Origin: Candidatus Cloacimonadales bacterium
GTDB taxonomy: Bacteria > Cloacimonadota > Cloacimonadia > Cloacimonadales > JAIOQZ01
Assembly: GCA_963662655.2 (NCBI GenBank)
Contig: CAXXTU010000002.1
Coordinates: 544,001 to 608,000, forward strand
Length of the DNA: 64,000 bases
Reading direction: 5' to 3'
The translations under genes and the position numbers were made by a program. Below, one piece after another: positions 56,370 to 64,000 of this stretch; the stretch's first letter is position 1; each line of letters starts with the position of its first letter. Under the pieces are notes generated by a model. That model saw only the letters and a program-made list of their open reading frames with translations, had not been told where the DNA came from and made no database searches.

Positions 56370-56846
56370 CTACGCGGTAACAAAATTCTTCAATGTTTCC
56401 AGAACCTTCTCCGCATGGCCCTTCGCGCGGACATTGTCCCAAACCTTCTTGATAAATCCATCCGGATCGATCAGGAACGTGGAACGAACCACGCCCATGT
56501 ACTCCCGTCCGTAGTTTTTCTTGAGACGCCAGGCGCCGTAGGCTTCCAGCGCTTCTTTATCCGGATCGCTGAGCAGAGTCAGACTCAACTCCTGCTTCGC
56601 GATGAATTTCTGATGGCTGGAGATGGAATCCGGGCTGATGCCGATCACTTCAGCGTTCAGCTCCCTGAATTGATCGATCATGCAGGTAAAATCTTTTGCT
56701 TCCAGCGTGCAGCCGGAAGTGTTGTCTTTCGGATAGAAGTATAGGACGATCCATTTTCCCTGAAAGTCCTGCAATGACACTGCGATATCATCCTGGCTGG
56801 TCAATTGGATTTCCGGGGCTATTTGTCCTGTTTCTGGAATTGGCAT
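56370..56846 (-). CDS. bcp: Peroxiredoxin, BCP/PrxQ family
   Basis: 'VLYFYPKDNTSGCTLEAKDF', 'GISPD' and 'RSTFLID'. Confidence 0.93.
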   Translation of the reverse strand: MPIPETGQIAPEIQLTSQDDIAVSLQDFQGKWIVLYFYPKDNTSGCTLEAKDFTCMIDQFRELNAEVIGISPDSISSHQKFIAKQELSLTLLSDPDKEALEAYGAWRLKKNYGREYMGVVRSTFLIDPDGFIKKVWDNVRAKGHAEKVLETLKNFVTA

Positions 56847-56977
56847 GCTGGCCTCCTTCTAGCTTTACAAAATGATAGGACACCCGCATTCAATGACAAG
56901 GAATTTTATAAGATTGACAATATCGATGTTCCCATGTAGTTCTCGAACTCGGGAAAACAAATCACTTCGGAGGATTC

Positions 56978-57529
56978 GTGAAGAGGATATTGATCGCATT
57001 GATTATTGTCGTAATTTCCGTGATCGTAGCTGCAGAAGAAAAAGAATATCAGGTCGGGGACAATCTTGTGTGTGCTTCAGGCTGCGATTTCCGGCTTTCC
57101 AGATGGGACGACGTACGTCAGAAAGTAATCGATTCAGAGATCGGCTTCCTTGCCGAGTCGGACGAGGCGTCCGTGTATTTCACCGGCATGGCTTTCGATC
57201 TCACCATGTTGGTGATGTATCATTTTGAGGAAGGGTCGTTTTATCAGGGCGATCTGATTGTCGTGGAAGAATTTACCGAGCCACAGCAGTATGTGGAAGC
57301 GTATAGGAAGATTCTGCGGGAGATGACGCAGAAATATGGCGATCCGATTGTCAGCGATATACTTGCAGAGGATGAGACTCACATGCTGGAAGAGAACTGG
57401 GTTGAGGGCCTCCGTTTACAGGACCTCGTTGTAACGCACTATTGGGAGACGGAACGTTCGGTGATCGGGCTCACGATGGCAAGCGACGATGGAGCGATTT
57501 ACGTGATTACGGAGTTCGCGAAGCAGTAA
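56978..57529 (+). CDS. Hypothetical exported protein
   Basis: GGAGG RBS, GTG start, signal peptide and 'KYGDP'. Confidence 0.65.
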   Translation: MKRILIALIIVVISVIVAAEEKEYQVGDNLVCASGCDFRLSRWDDVRQKVIDSEIGFLAESDEASVYFTGMAFDLTMLVMYHFEEGSFYQGDLIVVEEFTEPQQYVEAYRKILREMTQKYGDPIVSDILAEDETHMLEENWVEGLRLQDLVVTHYWETERSVIGLTMASDDGAIYVITEFAKQ

Positions 57530-57534
57530 GATCG

Positions 57535-57984
57535 TTACTTCTTCGGTAAATGCCCCAGTTCGAAAACTTTTTGCTTATGTTCCTGCTCTTCTTTGGCGAT
57601 CCTGCGAACGGTTTTTGCCGAGTTTAACATCAAGTGCCCTGCCATTTCCATGTGGCCGGCGATCTGATCGTAGGCATATCCCATGATACCCTCCGCGTCG
57701 GCAAGCATGTCGCTCAGCTTCGCCACGTGATCCGCAGTCGGGATTTCCTGGAGCAGTTTATTCTTCAATTTGTTCTCGAGCTTCAAGTACTTCTGCTTGT
57801 TAAGTGGAATTTCACTGATTTTTTCCGCAATCTCACGTATTGCTAGGCTGTGCTCGTGAGAGTGCTCGCTCATGAACTTGAAAAGCGCTTCGAATTCCTG
57901 CATTTTCTTCATGCTGGCGAGCCGCTGGTAAAACAATGAAACGTCGTCTTCCAGTTGTATCATAAGCTCGAGTATTTCTTTCAT
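57535..57984 (-). CDS. Ferritin-like (rubrerythrin-type) four-helix protein
   Basis: 'QLEDDVSLFY..LA', 'AEG...AY' and 'IAKEEQEH'. ATG at 57984 follows AGGAG. Confidence 0.65.
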   Translation of the reverse strand: MKEILELMIQLEDDVSLFYQRLASMKKMQEFEALFKFMSEHSHEHSLAIREIAEKISEIPLNKQKYLKLENKLKNKLLQEIPTADHVAKLSDMLADAEGIMGYAYDQIAGHMEMAGHLMLNSAKTVRRIAKEEQEHKQKVFELGHLPKK

Positions 57985-58268
57985 GATTTGCTCCTGATAT
58001 ATAATATACTCGATCCGTTCGGGGTCGTCAAGAAATTGAGGGAATGGACAGATGGAAAAGGGTGTCGGGTGGGTAAATCCTGGGCTATCTGATTCTGGAA
58101 AAGGGAGAACCTCCTCTCGACTTAGGCAATACAGGCAGCAAGTCACTCGTCAAGAGGAGGTTTCTGAGGTGTATGAGATAACAATTACGATTTTCCCTTG
58201 TGAGACATACTACTTCTTCGGAAAAATCTTGCACTCTATCATAATCCGCATAAGTCGCGGAGGTTTAA

Positions 58269-58790
58269 TTAATTGCGTTGCGGAGGCTGTCCGCCGAAAC
58301 CTCTACCAGGCCTGGAACCCGACATCGCCTTCATCCATACAGGATGGCCTTCGTTATCGATGAGATCGTAATCTTCGTCCTCGTAGTGAATGAATGTTGC
58401 CATGTAGGTGTCGCAATCCGGGCGCTTGATACCTTTCAGGCGGATGGACGTTCCGGTTGCAACGTCCACTTTTTTCGATTTCCAGTACGATTTGGTTCCG
58501 ATGTCCACTTTGTCTCCCGAGTAAAGCTCGATGAAGAGGTGTTCTTCCTGCTGAAGTCCCTGCCCCTGCTCTCTGCGTGCGCCTCCACGTCGCGATGAAT
58601 CGTCACGGTTCGGCATGGATGGCGTCTCTACGGTTACTCCTTTGACTACGCCCACGAGTTCTACGGCATCGTCTTCATTGAAGGCCATACCGCCCCCGTT
58701 TCTGTCGCGTTCGAAATCCATGGGTTGGGCAAGGAGCGCTAACGACGAAAGCATCGTCAGCCCTGCGAGAAACATGATTATTATTTTCAT
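58269..58790 (-). CDS. Hypothetical exported protein (OB-fold-like, Gly/Arg-rich ends)
   Basis: GGAGG RBS, signal peptide and 'V.L.G.V..V...H....VDIG...YW...G.PVW'. Confidence 0.6.
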   Translation of the reverse strand: MKIIIMFLAGLTMLSSLALLAQPMDFERDRNGGGMAFNEDDAVELVGVVKGVTVETPSMPNRDDSSRRGGARREQGQGLQQEEHLFIELYSGDKVDIGTKSYWKSKKVDVATGTSIRLKGIKRPDCDTYMATFIHYEDEDYDLIDNEGHPVWMKAMSGSRPGRGFGGQPPQRN

Positions 58791-58929
58791 CTTCGTTATC
58801 CTCCGTTGATTTGCACTATTAGACAGATTCGAATGGATAATCCTGCGATTTTTCCTGCACACGACGATGAGAGTTGACAAAAAAAACGATCACCGGTATT
58901 AAAGAGACGCTCCCAGAACAGGATCGATT

Positions 58930-59832
58930 ATGCGAAAACAAGCCATTATAGCCTTACTGCTGCTCTCAGGAATGCTTTGGGCGCTCAAGCCCTCCCGCGA
59001 ATACACCCGTCATCCCGATCAGTTCGGATTAATCTATAAATCGCTCGAAGTTACAACCGCCGATAGCCTCCGAATCGCTTCATGGTTCTTCCCCGCGCAA
59101 CGGATGCCGCAAGAGGAGACAATGCTCAAGGCCATGCGGGAAGGGATTCTGCCTGAGTATACGGCTGAATCCGAACCTCTGCCGACAATTGTTGTGGCGA
59201 ACGGTGACGCGGGGAACATGGGCGACCAGATCAATTTCGTGGTTGCGTTTTGTCCGCTGGGATACAACGTCGTGTTGTTCGACTGGCGTGGTTTCGGCGA
59301 GAGTGATCCGTGGGAAACGGAGCGGGATATGCTCTCCTATAAAGAGTATATCGACGATTACATCGCCGTTCTGGATGCGGTGTTTGCCCAGCCTGAAGTC
59401 GACAACGCCCGTGTAGTCGTATACGGTGGTTCGACGGGAGCGTATCTGTCGCTTGCCGCTGCGGTGCGCGATGAACGGGTAAGCATCTGTGTGCTTCGGG
59501 CCTTGATGACCAGCTTCGATGACGTGATCCCGATCTTGCATTCGGCCAAGCCGGATCGAGATATCAGGGCTCCGGAAGGTTATCCGGAAGAGCTGATTCC
59601 AGTCAACGCGGCAAAGAATTTCAAACGCCCGGTTCTTCTGATCGTGGGGGAGAAGGATGAAGTAACGCCCGTCTGGATGAGCGAAAAGATTTACTCCATG
59701 CTTCCGGGAGAGAAGGAATTGTGGGCCGTTCCCGACGCCACGCATGGAGGAGGGACGGGGCCCGTATACAGCGATTTCACGCGCTTCACGAACAAGGTGG
59801 ACGGTTTCCTGAAGGCGCAGTGGGAGCAGTAA
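58930..59832 (+). CDS. Exported alpha/beta hydrolase
   Basis: 'FDWRGFGES', nucleophile elbow GGSTG, 'GEKDEVTP' and 'ATHG'. Confidence 0.85.
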   Translation: MRKQAIIALLLLSGMLWALKPSREYTRHPDQFGLIYKSLEVTTADSLRIASWFFPAQRMPQEETMLKAMREGILPEYTAESEPLPTIVVANGDAGNMGDQINFVVAFCPLGYNVVLFDWRGFGESDPWETERDMLSYKEYIDDYIAVLDAVFAQPEVDNARVVVYGGSTGAYLSLAAAVRDERVSICVLRALMTSFDDVIPILHSAKPDRDIRAPEGYPEELIPVNAAKNFKRPVLLIVGEKDEVTPVWMSEKIYSMLPGEKELWAVPDATHGGGTGPVYSDFTRFTNKVDGFLKAQWEQ

Positions 59833-59834
59833 GC

Positions 59835-60608
59835 TTACCGGGAGATCAGCGTTCGATTTCCAGAGGACACAGCGAACCTCACCGGCGATATCGGCACACG
59901 GTTGGCCAGAAAAACGTGCTGCAGACAGGTAATCGCGCGTTCGATATCCTCAACCGGAGCATCTGCCTCTGCGGCGAACCATTCTCCCTGCGGGAGCTCG
60001 AGCATCACGAGTCCCTCCGTTGCTGTTTTTTGCGCAATCCCTGCAAACGAATATATCTGTCCCGGCAGGTTCTCCGGGTACCAGCGTACGTACCAGATAT
60101 CTTCTGTAACTCCCGTTATTTTGCTGAAGAGCCTCGCAAGCTCCGTGCCGTCATCGCATGACATGATGCCCCAAAGCCGCGGGGTAACATCTCCGGATTC
60201 CGGTAGAAACTTCAGCTTGTGGATGAGGTTAAGCAATTGTTCGTCGATGGCAGGTATGAGGAGCGAAGGATGGTGTCGGGGGGATTTCCTCCACTCACTG
60301 GGAAGCATCCCGTAGTACCGCTTGAAGGCCCGGGCGAATGTCTCAGGCGAGCTGAACTCGTAGTCAACGGCGATCCTGCCGATGTTGTGCTCGGTTTGTT
60401 GAAGCTCCAGCGCAGCTTTCGCAAGTCTTCTGCGGAGCATGTACTGGTAGGGAGTCAAGCCGGTTGTGTGAGCGAACACACGGCAGAAGTGGAAGAGCGA
60501 GTAGCAGGCGGCATCGGCCATATCCTTCACCGAGAAGGTTTGCCGGATGCAGGCCTCGAAGGATTCGATAGCACGGGAAACGGATTCGATCTGATAGGAA
60601 TCAGGCAT
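59835..60608 (-). CDS. AraC family transcriptional regulator
   Basis: 'YSLFHFCRVF...GLTP.QY..RRRL..AA' and 'IAVDYEFSSPETFARAFKR.YG..PS'. Confidence 0.92.
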   Translation of the reverse strand: MPDSYQIESVSRAIESFEACIRQTFSVKDMADAACYSLFHFCRVFAHTTGLTPYQYMLRRRLAKAALELQQTEHNIGRIAVDYEFSSPETFARAFKRYYGMLPSEWRKSPRHHPSLLIPAIDEQLLNLIHKLKFLPESGDVTPRLWGIMSCDDGTELARLFSKITGVTEDIWYVRWYPENLPGQIYSFAGIAQKTATEGLVMLELPQGEWFAAEADAPVEDIERAITCLQHVFLANRVPISPVRFAVSSGNRTLISR

Positions 60609-61113
60609 CTTCTCGTATTACCGGAATGAGTATGTCGAGCTCGCTTTCCTCGATCCTGTCCATGCCCTTGAAGCGTTCGTCGTAGCGCTGGATGCTGATG
60701 GGATGGCTTTGCTTCAGCTTTGCCTGCGGGAGCCACTGGTTTTCCAGCGGGTATCCCCAGTCGCTTGTAATCACGCTTCCCTTGAGGGTGAATATGGCGT
60801 ACTCACCATCGGGAAGAGCGCGATAGAGTGGCCCTTGCGGCACGCCCGAGATTTCACTTACTTCGACGCCGACGAATACATCGAAGAAGCCTTTTGCCAC
60901 TGTTTCCGGTGTGTGTGTATGGACTTCATACCAGTATCGATCGTTCAGATAGGGAAGATGCTTGCCTTCTTTCTCCCAGTATTCCATAAATCGTTGCCAT
61001 AGCCTTCCGATCTCGTTTTCCTCCGTCCAGCCTGAACTTTGCGTAAACGGGTCGCCGTAGAAATTGAATCCCAGCAGGACGACTCGATCGAGCGTTATGA
61101 TCCGGGGTGTCAT
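60601..61113 (-). CDS. GyrI-like small-molecule-binding domain protein
   Basis: 'EIGRLWQRF', 'FVGVEV', 'LPDGEYAIFT.KG', 'WLP' and 'ILIPV'. Confidence 0.85.
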   Translation of the reverse strand: MTPRIITLDRVVLLGFNFYGDPFTQSSGWTEENEIGRLWQRFMEYWEKEGKHLPYLNDRYWYEVHTHTPETVAKGFFDVFVGVEVSEISGVPQGPLYRALPDGEYAIFTLKGSVITSDWGYPLENQWLPQAKLKQSHPISIQRYDERFKGMDRIEESELDILIPVIREDA

Positions 61114-61468
61114 GATGCCTCCACACGTTTGATGTCATACTATGATATTGGAAATTCCTGGTTGTCAATGATATTTTTAATTTTTGGAATACTCTCATTT
61201 TTCTGTGGAATCCTGGTTCGATGAATATTGATCGATGTTATCCACAATGTCCTTCGACTCTATGGGTGATCCAGGTTATCACTTCGTGAAACCTACAACT
61301 CAAGGATGACACGATTATTTTGCAACATACTGGCAGGTTGATAACATCTTCAAACAGGCAACGAAGCATAGCTTTATGAATAAATGGGGGTATGCGTGTT
61401 TGACAATTATCCTTGACAGGAGAGATCGGTGATTCATAAGCTCTTCCCGAATAATCAACGAGGGATGT

Positions 61469-62428
61469 TTGATGAAGAAAATCATGCTTTTATCCGTATT
61501 GTTAATCATGGTCGCAACCTGTTTTTCATACAAGAGAAAAAACGAGTTGGATAGCACATATCAGCTTTTTACAATTGGTTACAGTTTCATGAGCGACGCC
61601 AAGTTCAACGATCCATACAAGAACGACGACGAGTGGAACAACGCCTCGGTCGGTATGAAAACAATGGATGTCGATGTCGCATACCCGATGTTTTTCAACA
61701 ACAACCATACGGTATTTATTCCTTCCGTTGAATACAGCTACGTGCAGTCGTACTACAAGGACGAACCGAAGCATACTCCCAAGGAAGAGCTTCACGATGT
61801 GCAGGGTGTGTTGCGCTTTCAACAGAAGATCGGTAGTGCGTTCATGGTCGAGGCTCATGCCGCCCCGGGGCTTTCCTTCGATTGGAAAAACGGCATCGAA
61901 TCCGATGACTTCATCATGCGCGGCGGCTTGACGCTAGACTGGAAGTTTAACGACAAGCTTACGGTTCGGGGAGGAGCTGTTTACGATACTCCGTTCGGTA
62001 AGCAGGAGATTGTTCCGCTTCTCGGGGCTACCTATCAAACCGGTGACCTGGTTGTCTCCGCACTGTTGCCTTTAAATGTCGATATTCACTGGATCGTGAA
62101 TCGCGAAGTCGCCGTGGGCGTTCTTGGCGATGTCAAGGGCTATCGATTCAACCTGCAAAACGGGGAACCGGCGGACCAGTACGAGGCGACCGATCCCGAT
62201 TTCCAGTCGGTGGATTACCTGGAATACTCTCGAGTTGATCTCGGTCCGATTATCTACTGGAATATCTTCGATAACTTCTGGTTCGATATCCACTCGGGTG
62301 TCACACTCCGCAAGCAGTACAGTTTTTACGATACCAAGGATGAAGAGATGCCTGTCGGAAACCGTTCCGGCGAGCCGTCGTTCTTCCTGAGCGTCAATAC
62401 GCGTTATCGCGTTCCCATGCCGGAGTAG
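61469..62428 (+). CDS. Outer-membrane beta-barrel protein (DUF6268-like)
   Basis: Signal peptide, alternating strands and 'G.VY...FG...VPLLG..Y...ALLP'. Confidence 0.65.
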   Translation: MMKKIMLLSVLLIMVATCFSYKRKNELDSTYQLFTIGYSFMSDAKFNDPYKNDDEWNNASVGMKTMDVDVAYPMFFNNNHTVFIPSVEYSYVQSYYKDEPKHTPKEELHDVQGVLRFQQKIGSAFMVEAHAAPGLSFDWKNGIESDDFIMRGGLTLDWKFNDKLTVRGGAVYDTPFGKQEIVPLLGATYQTGDLVVSALLPLNVDIHWIVNREVAVGVLGDVKGYRFNLQNGEPADQYEATDPDFQSVDYLEYSRVDLGPIIYWNIFDNFWFDIHSGVTLRKQYSFYDTKDEEMPVGNRSGEPSFFLSVNTRYRVPMPE

Positions 62429-62465
62429 TTTGCATACAATTAATTATACGAAAAGAAAATAAGAG

Positions 62466-62494
62466 GAACCGGCAGTCAGCAGGCTGCCGGTTTT
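62466..62494 (+). terminator. Rho-independent terminator
   Basis: AACCGGCAGTC-AGCA-GGCTGCCGGTTTT after the stop at 62428. Confidence 0.8.
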
Positions 62495-62613
62495 CTATGT
62501 CCATTTGCGCTATCTCACTTTGTGTAAGCTGAAAATACCTGCTCATATAATTTCATTGCATGAAATTACAACGCTCACGTCATTGTTTTCGCAATGCGAA
62601 AGCCGGAGAGATA

Positions 62614-62877
62614 TAAGGAAAATGATTATCCACTTTCGCCTTTCGCTGTGCGAAAGGCTTACGTTCGAAGATTTCGTTTTTGCTTCGCAAAAGCCAGAGA
62701 GAATTAAGGAAAATGATTATCCACTTTCGCATTTCGCTGTGCGAAAGGCTTACGTTCGAAGATTTCGTTTTTGCTTCGCAAAAGCCAGAGAGAATTAAGG
62801 AAAATGATTATCCACTTTCGCATTTCGCTGCGCGAAAGGCTTACGTTCGAAGTTTTCGTTTTTGCTTCGCAAAAGCC
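62614..62877. repeat. Tandem repeat, 91-bp unit x about 3
   Basis: Units start at 62614, 62705 and 62796 and differ at only three positions; a degenerate partial copy lies to the left. Confidence 0.95.
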
Positions 62878-62884
62878 GAAAATA

Positions 62885-64000
62885 TCATTTAAGAAGCAGC
62901 ATCTTCCGTGTGCCGATAGCCTTACCGTTTGCCTTGAGCCGATAAAAGTAGATGCCTGTGGCAACCTGTTTGCGATTCTGGTTGGTTCCATCCCACACGA
63001 CCTGATGGCGTCCTGCGGTGAAATGCTCGTCAACAACGGTTCTCACGAGCTGTCCACGGATATTGTAGACATCCAGTTCAATTTCCGCCGATTGCTTCAG
63101 GCTGAAATCGATTTTGGTCACCGGATTGAAGGGATTGGGGTAATTGCCATGAAGCTTTGCAAAGACCGGAGCGGAAGTGGCTGCACCTCCCGAATGGGGA
63201 TTCTCGTCGTATGTCAGCTCCTCGTAGGCGATGTTCAGCATTCCAACCTGCTCCGTCGTGCGGATTTCGATGAAGTAGTAATCGTTCGGCGTGGGGATGT
63301 CGATCATCCCATCGATGTCCTGCCAGTCGTTCCACTCGATCAGGCTGACATCGTCAAACCAGTTGTGGCCCGTTGGGGAGTCGTTGAACTCGCTATACAC
63401 ATGCACGTCGAAGAAAGTAGCGCCTTCCGGCGGATCGATTTCGGACCAGTAGTAGTTCCAGTCGCTGGTTCCGCTGATGTAGTCGCCAAGAGCTTGTTCG
63501 CTGAGGACATAGTTTTGCGTGCGGGAATTGTAACAACGAACTTTAAGCGTCGCTTCCACCGCGTTTTCCGTCTTGATCCAACCGTTGATGGTGTACGTCA
63601 ATGTGTCGGAGGTGCAGGGGATGCGGTTCTCAAGGTTGACGGTAACGCCGTCGTTTCCGCTCCAATCCTGCTGGCGGAGTGATCGTTCTCCACGGTAGAA
63701 CACATCGTTGTCGTATGCCTCGTAACTGCTGTTCAGGTTCCAGAGCGAGCACCCCTCGTCTTCCATGTTTCCCCACCAGAGCCTTTCGCGACCAACGCGG
63801 AACTGGCAGCCGGTGACGATGTCCGATATCTGTATTGACGAGATATTGCCGCTGCGAGTGAGTCTGACGGGTCCTGAAGTGTAATACTCATCGCTTTCCA
63901 CCATCTCGAGTGTTTCGGAATAGAGCTCCGTCTCCGCAGTGTACTGCGATGTGTCCATGATCACATGGGCGATGACGTTTTCACGGTCGATGTCCAGCCA
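62885..64000 (-). CDS. Exported protein with a CBM-like beta-sandwich and FlgD-Ig C-terminal domain, 5'-truncated by the window
   Basis: Frame open to the window end; 'WFDDVSLIEW' and NYPNPFNP...YNIRGQ...TGIYFY...KMLLLK. Confidence 0.8.
   Translation of the reverse strand, partial: WLDIDRENVIAHVIMDTSQYTAETELYSETLEMVESDEYYTSGPVRLTRSGNISSIQISDIVTGCQFRVGRERLWWGNMEDEGCSLWNLNSSYEAYDNDVFYRGERSLRQQDWSGNDGVTVNLENRIPCTSDTLTYTINGWIKTENAVEATLKVRCYNSRTQNYVLSEQALGDYISGTSDWNYYWSEIDPPEGATFFDVHVYSEFNDSPTGHNWFDDVSLIEWNDWQDIDGMIDIPTPNDYYFIEIRTTEQVGMLNIAYEELTYDENPHSGGAATSAPVFAKLHGNYPNPFNPVTKIDFSLKQSAEIELDVYNIRGQLVRTVVDEHFTAGRHQVVWDGTNQNRKQVATGIYFYRLKANGKAIGTRKMLLLK

Noticed and set aside
57985..58146. N-terminal extension of the ferritin-like ORF
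   Set aside because: An RBS and ATG at 57984 fit the domain start, and the extension crosses non-coding-looking hairpin DNA.
62614..62877. CRISPR array
   Set aside because: The whole 91-bp units are repeated with no unique spacers, and there are no cas genes in the window.
62505..63682. ORFs running through the tandem repeat (62505..62798, 62680..62892, 62771..63682)
   Set aside because: The frame shifts with each 91-bp unit, and the long ORF is the antisense shadow of the FlgD-domain gene.

Overview
Ordinary bacterial chromosomal DNA with about 50 genes from a diderm, probably anaerobic organism. Three proteins end in an FlgD-Ig/T9SS-like 'N(Y/F)PNPFNP...LK' tail and one ends in an 'LTWDPV...FYKVTA' tail, which suggests Ca. 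Cloacimonadota or a related FCB-group lineage (inference). In order, the window holds: an FGE-TamA-TamB-Omp85-like-RsmF cluster; a SiaA/SiaB/SiaC-type phosphoswitch whose output gene is a multi-PAS histidine kinase with two His-boxes rather than the SiaD diguanylate cyclase; a csoR-copA-copZ-CDF operon with a CsoR operator; a BMP lipoprotein coupled to a hybrid kinase; two tandem cheW-MCP units; an amino-sugar/polyprenol glycosylation cluster that includes MaoC and CitE-family CoA enzymes; a DtxR-box-controlled feo operon extended by a porin, an exported protein and an FMN-binding protein; an exported GH85; and assorted single genes. Notable non-coding features are a ~180-nt multi-hairpin element (20862-21041), a 116-bp element bounded by 14-bp inverted repeats (29688-29803) and a 91-bp x3 tandem repeat (62614-62877). 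I found no rRNA, tRNA, CRISPR array, transposase or phage gene. All family calls come from motif recognition by eye; no searches were run.
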